Virus record (IMG/VR): IMGVR_UViG_3300042893_001849
Reading direction: 5' to 3' (one strand)
DNA length: 64,000 nucleotides
Origin: a virus
Shown piece by piece: positions 48,608 through 56,131 of this stretch. Under the pieces are notes generated by a model. It had not been told where the DNA came from, made no database searches, and worked only from the letters and a program-made list of their open reading frames with translations. How positions within the stretch are numbered: position 1 is the stretch's first letter; the number at the start of each line of letters is the position of its first letter. A program made the position numbers and the translations under genes.

Positions 48608-49675
48608 ATGGCTCAATTCGTATTTACAGAAGACCAACTATTAGTAATCAAAAAAAGTATCATTGTTGAAAAAAAATATGAGAAAAAAGATTTGATTAAT
48701 GAGGCGTGGTATAATACCGTAATGGACGTGTTAGGTATTATTGACCCAACACCAATAATCGACATCATTAATGCAACATCATACTTTATTCAAGGGGACA
48801 CTCTTTTTGGAGTTTTAACAATTGTTTCAGCAATACCATATGCTGGAGATATTGTTGCAAAACCTGTTTTGGGGGCACTAAAAATTGGAGGACCATCTGT
48901 CAAAGCTTTGGAGTCTGCAATAAAACTTTCTAAAGGAGCCGCTGTAGGTAGTAAAGAATATAAAGCCGCGGCAGCAACCATAGAAAAATTAGCAAAAGAA
49001 CCAGGTGTTATAGGAGGTTTTCTAAAGAAAATGGGTGGTTCTTTTGGAGATAAAGTTATTAAAACAATAGACGAAATTCCTGCAGGACCATTCAAAGGAA
49101 TGAAAAATACTATCAAAAGTTATTTCGAATTATTAAGTAACGCTGGTAAGAAAAGTGCTATGTTCCAAAAAAGAGCTGGAGTTCTTGCAAAGAACTTCCA
49201 AAAAGGAACTGCAGCTGTCAAAGATGTTGAGCTTTTAAAAAATTATCTTAAAACTCAAAAAGTATTTAATCCCGCCACTCTTAGTAAGCCAGGGTTCTTT
49301 ACAAATGTATTTTTTGGCGGAATTCCAAGACTATTTAGAAGTCCAGCTCAAAGAAGATTAAGAATTTTAATGCAATCTACAAAATGGTGGTTAGGATTTC
49401 TTGATTACGTTGGTTTAGGTAATTGGGTAGGTGCTGAAGAATTGGCTAAAAAAATGGGAGATGAAAATTTCACGAAAAAAGTTGATGAATATAATCAAAC
49501 ACCTGAGGCCAAACAAAACTTTGAAGACCAATTTGGTTCAGAAAGAACGGAAGGTCAAACAGATAATCAACAAAGTACGTCTTCATCCACAAATTCGGAA
49601 CCAAATCTTGACCCATTAGCTAAATTCTTAAGAAATATGTTTATGGGACAAGCGAATCCAATCCCTGGAATTTAA
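48608..49675 (+). CDS. Hypothetical protein.
   Basis: 355 aa, Gly/Ala/Lys-rich. Confidence 0.4.
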   Translation: MAQFVFTEDQLLVIKKSIIVEKKYEKKDLINEAWYNTVMDVLGIIDPTPIIDIINATSYFIQGDTLFGVLTIVSAIPYAGDIVAKPVLGALKIGGPSVKALESAIKLSKGAAVGSKEYKAAAATIEKLAKEPGVIGGFLKKMGGSFGDKVIKTIDEIPAGPFKGMKNTIKSYFELLSNAGKKSAMFQKRAGVLAKNFQKGTAAVKDVELLKNYLKTQKVFNPATLSKPGFFTNVFFGGIPRLFRSPAQRRLRILMQSTKWWLGFLDYVGLGNWVGAEELAKKMGDENFTKKVDEYNQTPEAKQNFEDQFGSERTEGQTDNQQSTSSSTNSEPNLDPLAKFLRNMFMGQANPIPGI

Positions 49676-49695
49676 ATTAAATTAAATAATATAAA

Positions 49696-50055
49696 ATGGC
49701 AAAGAAAATTATAAGACTAACTGAAGCTGATTTAACAAGATTGGTTAAAAGAGTTATTAAAGAACAAAATCAAATGAGTGGAGAAGAGGTATTTGAACTT
49801 CAAAACGCGCTAAATGATTATTTTGAATTAAAGAACATTAATAAAAAAATTGCAACTGATGCAAAATGGGGACCAACAACTATAGATGCCCTTAAGATGT
49901 TTCAAAAGGCTGAAGGTATTAATCCTGATGGTATTGCAGGACCTGACACTTATAGTAAATTACGTAGTTTAGGGTTAAACCAAGATGCTATTGATTCTAT
50001 TTTTTCAGGATTAAAAAAAGCTGCCTCTTGGATTGCTAAAAAAATAGTAGGATAA
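49696..50055 (+). CDS. Protein with a peptidoglycan-binding domain (PG_binding_1).
   Basis: WGPTTIDALKMFQKAEGINPDGIAGPDTYSKL. Confidence 0.6.
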   Translation: MAKKIIRLTEADLTRLVKRVIKEQNQMSGEEVFELQNALNDYFELKNINKKIATDAKWGPTTIDALKMFQKAEGINPDGIAGPDTYSKLRSLGLNQDAIDSIFSGLKKAASWIAKKIVG

Positions 50056-50057
50056 TA

Positions 50058-51470
50058 ATGAAAAGAATTATAACAGAAACAGGATTAAGAAATATCAATG
50101 CTTTAAAAGATAGATATCAAAAAGCTGAGATATATTTTCACCAAGACCTTGATGGAGTAACAACAGCAATTGCAATGAAAAAATACCTTGAAGATAATGG
50201 TATTGATGTTGTAGGGGCTCATATCATTCAATATGGTGACAAAGAGTTTGCTGTTAAAAAGAACGACGCTCAAGGTGATATAATGCCAGTGTTGGTGGAT
50301 TTTGCTCATGGTAAGCCTATGTTTGTTATTCATACGGACCACCATGATAGACAAGTAGGTGTTGAAAAAGGTACCTCCAAACAATTTAGAGGTGCTCGTT
50401 CTAATGTTGAGACGATATCTCAAGTGGTATCACCAAAAGACTTATTTCCCTCAGCTGATATATTATTAATTAATACTGTGGATTCGGCAGATTATGCAAA
50501 ATACAATATTACACCAACAGAAGTTGTTAATTATATCTATAAAGTAGATAAAGATAGTTCACTTCAAAAGAACAAAATGTTATTAGGTTTAGTTATTAAT
50601 AAACTACTTTTAGCATTTAAAAATAAGCCAGGGTTTTTAGAAAGTTTAGTTATGGACTGTGAGCCATCATTACTTTCAATTTTAAATAAAATTAAGGATT
50701 GGATGAAAAGAACCAATTCAGCAAACCCCGAAGAACTACAACAAAATGCACAAGATTATGCCGAAAAAATGAAGGGATACCCCAAGGTATCTGATAACAT
50801 TATCTTCCAATATGGTGGGGGTAGTATGTTTAAACCTGGGTCTTACGACAGATATACACCATTCAGAAATAATCCTGACGCAGACTTTCTCATCATGGCG
50901 TGGCCGATGGGACTTGTTCAAGCTTCTTGTAATCCATTTAAGAAAGAAAGAGAACTTAAAGGAGTTAATCTCGGTGAGATTGCCCAAGAAGTTATAGGTA
51001 AATGGGAGGGTCAGTTAAAACAAAGAAGTATTCCATTATCTACAATGAAATGGGTGAGTGAAACAAGTGCAGGTCCTGAAAGTGTTGGATTTACATTCAA
51101 AGACTTTGATGCTCTTTACGGTGGTAAATTTATGTTTATGGATGGAGGAGAAAAGATGTTAGGTAGAATTGAGGAAATGATGGAGAAGCCATTCAGTGAA
51201 TTATCTGAAGAAGAAATCTCATTGATGGACAAAATCGGAATCAATGCTTGGGACCTTATCCAATCCAACTCGGGTGGGCACAAATGTATTACTAATATCT
51301 CAGGGCTTAATTATTTAGGTAGGGGTAAAAGACCACCACAAGGCAAATATAAATATGATTCCGAGAAAGATGATTCACCTTCAGTTAAGTTCACTAAGAT
51401 GATTGCAGCTGAATTCCAAAATGTACTTAAACAAAAGATTGCGGAGTCTAAATCATCTTCAGAGGATTAG
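50058..51470 (+). CDS. DHH-family phosphoesterase (NrnA/RecJ-like).
   Basis: HQDLDGVTTAIAM (motif I), VLVDFAHG (II), VIHTDHHD (III, DHH) and SNSGGHK (IV, GGGH-like) in the canonical order. Confidence 0.5.
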   Translation: MKRIITETGLRNINALKDRYQKAEIYFHQDLDGVTTAIAMKKYLEDNGIDVVGAHIIQYGDKEFAVKKNDAQGDIMPVLVDFAHGKPMFVIHTDHHDRQVGVEKGTSKQFRGARSNVETISQVVSPKDLFPSADILLINTVDSADYAKYNITPTEVVNYIYKVDKDSSLQKNKMLLGLVINKLLLAFKNKPGFLESLVMDCEPSLLSILNKIKDWMKRTNSANPEELQQNAQDYAEKMKGYPKVSDNIIFQYGGGSMFKPGSYDRYTPFRNNPDADFLIMAWPMGLVQASCNPFKKERELKGVNLGEIAQEVIGKWEGQLKQRSIPLSTMKWVSETSAGPESVGFTFKDFDALYGGKFMFMDGGEKMLGRIEEMMEKPFSELSEEEISLMDKIGINAWDLIQSNSGGHKCITNISGLNYLGRGKRPPQGKYKYDSEKDDSPSVKFTKMIAAEFQNVLKQKIAESKSSSED

Positions 51471-51820
51471 TACAGGTCGTACTCTACAGAATCGCCAGGT
51501 AAAATATTAAGGTCTTCACAAGAACCACCTTCAATTTCCAAAACTATATTACCATTTCCACAATAGGATGGGCAATCAAATTCATCATGACATGGAGGAC
51601 AATTACTATGTATATTAACGATTACATTATTTTTAATGATTAGAATATCCAATGGTATAATACAATTTTTCATCCAAAAACATTGTTTCTTTCCATCCAT
51701 AAGAAATAACAATCCATTAAATGAGTCGTCAAAAGTTTTTCCCATCATACCAATAGATTGAGATTTTTTATCTATTAAAGTTTTGACATTAAAAATATTT
51801 TCATTAATTTTGACCTTCAT
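51467..51820 (-). CDS. Cys-rich hypothetical protein.
   Basis: CPPCHDEFDCPSYCGNGN. Confidence 0.35.
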   Translation of the reverse strand: MKVKINENIFNVKTLIDKKSQSIGMMGKTFDDSFNGLLFLMDGKKQCFWMKNCIIPLDILIIKNNVIVNIHSNCPPCHDEFDCPSYCGNGNIVLEIEGGSCEDLNILPGDSVEYDLY

Positions 51821-51834
51821 ACTTAATAAATACT

Positions 51835-52257
51835 ATGGAAAACAAAAGACACGTCGGTGTGATGGTAAAATGTGGGGACAAAATTCTTCTATGTAAGAGA
51901 AACAGCCAAGGTTCAAACCCTGGTATGTGGTCAATCCCTGGTGGTAAAATGGAAGATAATGGGGAAACACCTCAAGAAGGAGCAAAGAGAGAGTTTTTAG
52001 AAGAGACTGATGTAAATATTAATGACAAAGAACTTCAGTTCATTGGGCTTATTCCAAGACATACCAGAGATGGTAAGAAAGTTAAAGGAATAATGTATGT
52101 GTATTTATTAGAAGTAGAGGAACCAATCATTCCTGATTTGGTTAATGCTATTGACGGTGAAGAACACACTGACTCTGGATACTTTACTTTAGATGAAATT
52201 AAACCTGAGACTTCGGGAGATTACTTCCACAGACTCGCAGAAATTATATTAAAATGA
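51835..52257 (+). CDS. NUDIX hydrolase.
   Basis: GGKMEDNGETPQEGAKREFLEETDV Nudix box. Confidence 0.8.
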   Translation: MENKRHVGVMVKCGDKILLCKRNSQGSNPGMWSIPGGKMEDNGETPQEGAKREFLEETDVNINDKELQFIGLIPRHTRDGKKVKGIMYVYLLEVEEPIIPDLVNAIDGEEHTDSGYFTLDEIKPETSGDYFHRLAEIILK

Positions 52258-52450
52258 TTACATTAATTGGATTAGCGATATTAGTATTTGTCGGGATAGT
52301 TGGTACTATCAGTATGAATCGTCAAATCAAAAAAATTGTTGACAAACTTGACTAACTAATAAAAGTTTATTATACTTTGTAAACAATGGATATATTTATA
52401 TATTCCTGTCCGAAAGGACGAACACCCCAAAACGTTTCACGTTAAAAAGA

Positions 52451-52482
52451 TTTGATTGAATGAGAATTTATTCTTATCTTTG
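52451..52482 (+). promoter_or_regulatory. Bacteroidota-type sigma-A promoter (TTTG, 20 nt spacer, TATCTTTG) driving a short hairpin RNA.
   Basis: TTTG at 52451-52454 and TATCTTTG at 52475-52482. Confidence 0.5.
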
Positions 52483-52487
52483 TGAGA

Positions 52488-52555
52488 CAACACATCCCAC
52501 GAGAATATTGTTTGAGAAAACTTTTGAATCGTGGGATTTTTTAACTAAGTTCTTT
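52488..52555 (+). ncRNA. Candidate small RNA (about 65 nt) ending in an intrinsic terminator.
   Basis: Perfect 9-bp stem ATCCCACGA/TCGTGGGAT (52494-52502 / 52539-52547) followed by T6, immediately downstream of the promoter and with no ORF. Confidence 0.4.
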
Positions 52556-52650
52556 AACATTAAAATATTGATTACACCCGCTGGTACAACCAGCGCATGA
52601 CGTGGATAGGTGACCGTGGGGAAGTGGGAAGTAATCTTTTGAAATTATAT

Positions 52651-52722
52651 CGCGAGGTAGAGCAGTGGTAGCTCGGAAGGCTCATAACCTTTAGGTCGGT
52701 GGTTCGAATCCATCCTTCGCAA
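52651..52722 (+). tRNA. tRNA-Met (anticodon CAT), initiator-like.
   Basis: Hand-folded cloverleaf: acceptor CGCGAGG/CTTCGCA with a C1:A72 mismatch, D arm GAGC-AGTGGTA-GCTC, anticodon arm GAAGG-CTCATAA-CCTTT, and T arm GGTGG-TTCGAAT-CCATC. No CCA is encoded. Confidence 0.7.
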
Positions 52723-52754
52723 CAAAAAATAGTTTAACTATTTTTCATAAAGAA

Positions 52755-52786
52755 TTTGATTAATTGAAAAGTTATTCATATCTTTG
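52755..52786 (+). promoter_or_regulatory. Bacteroidota-type promoter (TTTG, 20 nt spacer, TATCTTTG).
   Basis: TTTG at 52755-52758 and TATCTTTG at 52779-52786. No ORF downstream. Confidence 0.5.
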
Positions 52787-52792
52787 TAAAAC

Positions 52793-52985
52793 AATTGGGA
52801 GAGGTTGACCGTAGGTTCGTAAAATCGAGGTTCCCTACCCAAAACAAACTTTCAGGTAAAACTGATTGTTTCTTTGACAAACAGACGAATTAGCCCGTCC
52901 TATTGAGAGTAGGGGGTCAACAAGATAGTTAGATGATACTATCAAGGAAGAATGAATTCGTTAAAATCATCAGTCAAAAAAAAGT
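52793..52985 (+). ncRNA. Candidate structured non-coding RNA (about 190 nt).
   Basis: GC-enriched relative to the flanks, with mutually complementary segments (GGGAGAGGTTGACC...GGGGGTCAAC; CCCTACCC...GAGTAGGGGG). No ORF. Lies between two promoters. Confidence 0.35.
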
Positions 52986-52995
52986 TTTATAAAAA

Positions 52996-53027
52996 TTTGA
53001 TTGTTTCCCAAAACATTCTTATCTTTG
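52996..53027 (+). promoter_or_regulatory. Bacteroidota-type promoter (TTTG, 20 nt spacer, TATCTTTG).
   Basis: TTTG at 52996-52999 and TATCTTTG at 53020-53027. Confidence 0.5.
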
Positions 53028-53032
53028 TAAAA

Positions 53033-54036
53033 CAAATGAAGGAGAGGGGTTGTAAATGTTCCTACTTCGGTGGGTCGTAAAGATTCCTTTCTCCTTCATT
53101 AATTTTGAATACGTTCTTTGAATATAAAATATTTTCTTGAAACATGTTGATGATGAGACCTTCGGGTTGATTCTGAGATAGAAATAAAGAAATTGGGCGG
53201 TCTATAGTCCATAAAATAAACCATGAAAGTGGTATAAAGTGACTTGTTCTTGATTGGAACGGTTGCGGCTTTGGTAACGGAGCTCGAGTAGACAAACGAG
53301 ATATTATTTGACCTTGAGTATTGAGGGTAACACTTTAGGGAAAGTGGTCGAATAATCAAGCGATGTGGGTCGTTTGGTTGAGGAGGGAACTCCGATAAGA
53401 ATAACTCGTAGAACTGTTGTGAGAAGTATGGTTATCCGACTATATAATTGCGGGGTTCAATATTAGAGTAGACTTAAAACCGAAAGGTAAGAGTTCGTAC
53501 AGGTGGTGCTGTTGTTCTCCTTACTCTTCACCTACCAAGGTAGGAGTTATGAAGTAGACTTGAAATATGGAGGTCGGGAGACTTCAAGGTGTAGTTCAGT
53601 ATTGTCTCGTTCAAAAGATGGGACAGCTGGTTTGACGGACCGCTACATCTATCATCCACAAATCAAACTTTTACTTTCAATGGTGAAAACTAAAAACTAA
53701 AAGGAAAAGTGTTCGTCAGTCGTGGTAGACAGGTCACTACTTAGTCATGAGTTGTTCATGGCCGTAAAGGGTCCCAAACCCGATACGATTGTTTTGAAAG
53801 TTCTCTAATCCCGCAAGGATGAGTTTGGGTGGCAACCTAGAAGAGTGATGAGTAAGAATAGAGTATATTACGACTTAAGGATTGGTTAATCTAATTGACC
53901 GTGACTGAGAGGTACTTCTCAAAAGGAAGTGGAAATCGGAGGAATCAAAATAATCTCCTGTAAAGTCTCTCATTGAAAGGTGTATTCTCAACCTGAATGC
54001 CAAACTAACCCTGACGTTTCTACGTCGGGGTTTTTT
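53033..54036 (+). ncRNA. Candidate large structured non-coding RNA (about 1 kb), class unknown.
   Basis: About 1 kb without a credible ORF in an otherwise gene-dense genome, and GC-enriched. Begins with an 11-bp stem (AATGAAGGAGA/TCTCCTTCATT) that encloses a UUCG-type tetraloop hairpin. More C(UUCG)G and GAAA-loop hairpins follow. The GAGTAGAC motif recurs at 53285, 53465 and 53552. The region ends at a strong terminator. Confidence 0.4.
54008..54036 (+). terminator. Rho-independent terminator.
   Basis: CCCTGACG-TTTCTA-CGTCGGGG hairpin followed by T6. Confidence 0.65.
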
Positions 54037-54091
54037 ATTTGGTAAATTCCCCAAATAGTCCTATCTTTGATATTCAACAAAACCAAAATAT

Positions 54092-54631
54092 ATGTTTGAC
54101 AAACTAATTGACCTCGTAGTAACCTTTATTCATGACATTCTTCCATTTAAAATTGTGGACCAATGGGAAATGGGGGTTCATCTTAAGACGGGTAGATTTC
54201 ATCGTGTCGTTTCTCCTGGATTAAATTGGAAGGTTCCATTTTTTGATAAGATTTGGGTTACACCTGTCATAACGCAAACCGTTAATTTGAGTCCTCAAAC
54301 TCTTACTACATTAGACGAACGTTCAGTGGTTCTAACTTCAATAGTTAGGTACCATGTTGTTAATGTTCATAGTTTCTTATTGAATGTAATGCATGCTAAT
54401 GACGTATTAGTAGATATGACTCAAGGTATTATTCGTGATATTGTTGAGACTACTAATTGGGATGATTTAGTTGACCTAACAAACATTGTTACTCCTGCGG
54501 TGAATGATGAAGTTGCTAAATGGGGGATTTTAGTTGAAGCTGTTAAGTTCCCTGATTTAGGTGAAATAAAAACATATCGTTTAATTACAGACTCTGGAAA
54601 TAAAAATCCAGGACAATTAATATTAGAATAA
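54092..54631 (+). CDS. SPFH/band-7 (prohibitin-like) domain protein.
   Basis: WEMGVHLKTGRF...GLNWKVPFFDKI...VRYHVVNVHSF follows the SPFH pattern (GLHF.IPF.D...VD.R...VVYRV.D). TATCTTTG box at 54062-54069. Confidence 0.5.
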   Translation: MFDKLIDLVVTFIHDILPFKIVDQWEMGVHLKTGRFHRVVSPGLNWKVPFFDKIWVTPVITQTVNLSPQTLTTLDERSVVLTSIVRYHVVNVHSFLLNVMHANDVLVDMTQGIIRDIVETTNWDDLVDLTNIVTPAVNDEVAKWGILVEAVKFPDLGEIKTYRLITDSGNKNPGQLILE

Positions 54632-54706
54632 TAAAGGGGGTAATATCCCTTTATTATTTGTCGTTTCAAATAAATTTACTATCTTTGTATTCTAAATCAA
54701 GACAAT

Positions 54707-54988
54707 ATGAACCTACCTCAACACAACATTAAGATTCAACATGAGACTTTCGGAGTACTTTTAAACGAAACATTCGTTAATGGCACTCAATTCAAACTAT
54801 TCTTGAAAATGGTACAGGGATGTATTGAACTTAAGAATGACTTGACTTTTTTTAATGGTACAGATTTTTTAGTTCATGTACCACACAAACATTTGGTTAA
54901 TTCAATCATCACAACAAGTGTTGATAGTTATACCTTAGCTGAGCATTTAATTAATAAATCTAAAATGGAGGCGTTAGAAACAAAATGA
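54707..54988 (+). CDS. Hypothetical protein.
   Basis: 93 aa. TATCTTTG box at 54680-54687. Confidence 0.35.
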   Translation: MNLPQHNIKIQHETFGVLLNETFVNGTQFKLFLKMVQGCIELKNDLTFFNGTDFLVHVPHKHLVNSIITTSVDSYTLAEHLINKSKMEALETK

Positions 54989-55260
54989 GAAACGAAGGAC
55001 TATTAGGGAATCTTTTAAAAATAGCAGGAGCTGGAGCTCTTTTATACGGAGCTTATAAACTTGGAGAGTATCATGCAAATCAACAATTACAGGATAATGT
55101 AATACCTGTGATAAATGATGAGACTAAAGTTGAGAGTGAAGAAGAAAAAGTCCTTGGACTAATTCAAGAATTGAAAGATAAACCAAATAAAACAAAGACT
55201 GATAAATTCAATATCGAATTGCTTGAGGTTAAATTAAATCAAATAAGAAATAAAAAATGA
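54985..55260 (+). CDS. Small membrane-anchored protein.
   Basis: N-terminal TM (LGNLLKIAGAGALLYGAY). Confidence 0.35.
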   Translation: MRNEGLLGNLLKIAGAGALLYGAYKLGEYHANQQLQDNVIPVINDETKVESEEEKVLGLIQELKDKPNKTKTDKFNIELLEVKLNQIRNKK

Positions 55261-55553
55261 TAACGGTAAAAGATATTATTGAATGGTCCAAACCACATCC
55301 ATTAGAGGGAGGTAAGATAACACGTCTTTGTAATAAAGAAATTGAATTCTCTATTGTTGGAGGAAGAAGTGGGTTGTATGGCGATTTTATTAATGACTTT
55401 GAGGTTGCAATTTTAGATAATAAAAATGGAGAGTTTATTACAAAGTTTTTTTATCCTGAAGCGAATGACGAAGTTATTGGATATATGAAAGGAAACGATT
55501 TAGAAGAACTAGTTAACAAAGTTTTTAGAAAAGATGATTTCCAAGTTAGATAA
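55257..55553 (+). CDS. Hypothetical protein.
   Basis: 98 aa. Confidence 0.35.
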   Translation: MITVKDIIEWSKPHPLEGGKITRLCNKEIEFSIVGGRSGLYGDFINDFEVAILDNKNGEFITKFFYPEANDEVIGYMKGNDLEELVNKVFRKDDFQVR

Positions 55554-55593
55554 AACTTGGTGGTGGAATCTGTACTAAAACCGTACGGCCCTA

Positions 55594-55630
55594 AAGGGGA
55601 GACTTTGGTCTCTCCTTTTTTTTAACTTTT
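55594..55630. terminator. Bidirectional intrinsic terminator between convergent genes.
   Basis: GGAGAC-TTTG-GTCTCTCC hairpin with a T9 run on the + strand and A-rich on the other side. Confidence 0.5.
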
Positions 55631-56131
55631 TAAACCTGGATGACGGTCATCCCACCAAATACCAAAGCCACAGTTGTTAAAAACTAATTGGTTGCAATCT
55701 TCTCTGATTCCATCAACCAAGTCGTCATAATCTGACCAATCCCCCATACCAAGGTCTTCTCCTATTTCTTCAATTGTTTTGTAAGTTTCATTTCCATCAT
55801 CATCTTGAGATAATATATTGGTGTCACCCCACTCCCAATCACATAATACAGTTGTTTCATCATTTTCTAAGTCAAGACGTGGATTGTGTATTATAATGTA
55901 GGCGTATTCTTGTGAGTCATCCTTACCTTGAATTTTTATACCCTTTGGAGTTGACATTTTATTAAGGGATTTCTCTGTGAACTCGTCGGCTTTTTCTTCT
56001 CCAATTTCTGCAACTAAATCAGGAAGAAATTCTTCCAAGTTATAGTCAATCATTTTGGCAATAGAATGTATGGATGGGTTTGGATATCCAACTTTATTCA
56101 ACACTTTTAAAAATCTATTTAACTCACTCAT
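55622..56131 (-). CDS. Hypothetical acidic protein.
   Basis: 169 aa. Confidence 0.4.
   Translation of the reverse strand: MSELNRFLKVLNKVGYPNPSIHSIAKMIDYNLEEFLPDLVAEIGEEKADEFTEKSLNKMSTPKGIKIQGKDDSQEYAYIIIHNPRLDLENDETTVLCDWEWGDTNILSQDDDGNETYKTIEEIGEDLGMGDWSDYDDLVDGIREDCNQLVFNNCGFGIWWDDRHPGLKS

Noticed and set aside
52626-52650. Possible dedicated promoter immediately upstream of the tRNA (TAATCTTTTG).
   Set aside because: It has one extra base relative to TAnnTTTG and no upstream TTTG at the right distance. The tRNA is more likely processed from the transcript started at 52475 or from read-through.
53062-53700. ORFs 53062..53295(-), 53099..53359(-) and 53503..53700(+) inside the RNA island.
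   Set aside because: They have no promoter or start context, they overlap on opposite strands, and their composition differs from the genome's coding sequence. The region is better explained as structured RNA.
53030-54036. Specific identities for the large non-coding RNA (RNase P RNA, tmRNA, group I or group II intron).
   Set aside because: I found only partial resemblances, for example GGGAAAGTGGTCG versus the RNase P P4 sequence GGAAAGUCCGGGC. There is no second tRNA-like end, no intron domain V hairpin, and no tag-peptide reading frame. No class can be assigned without covariance models.
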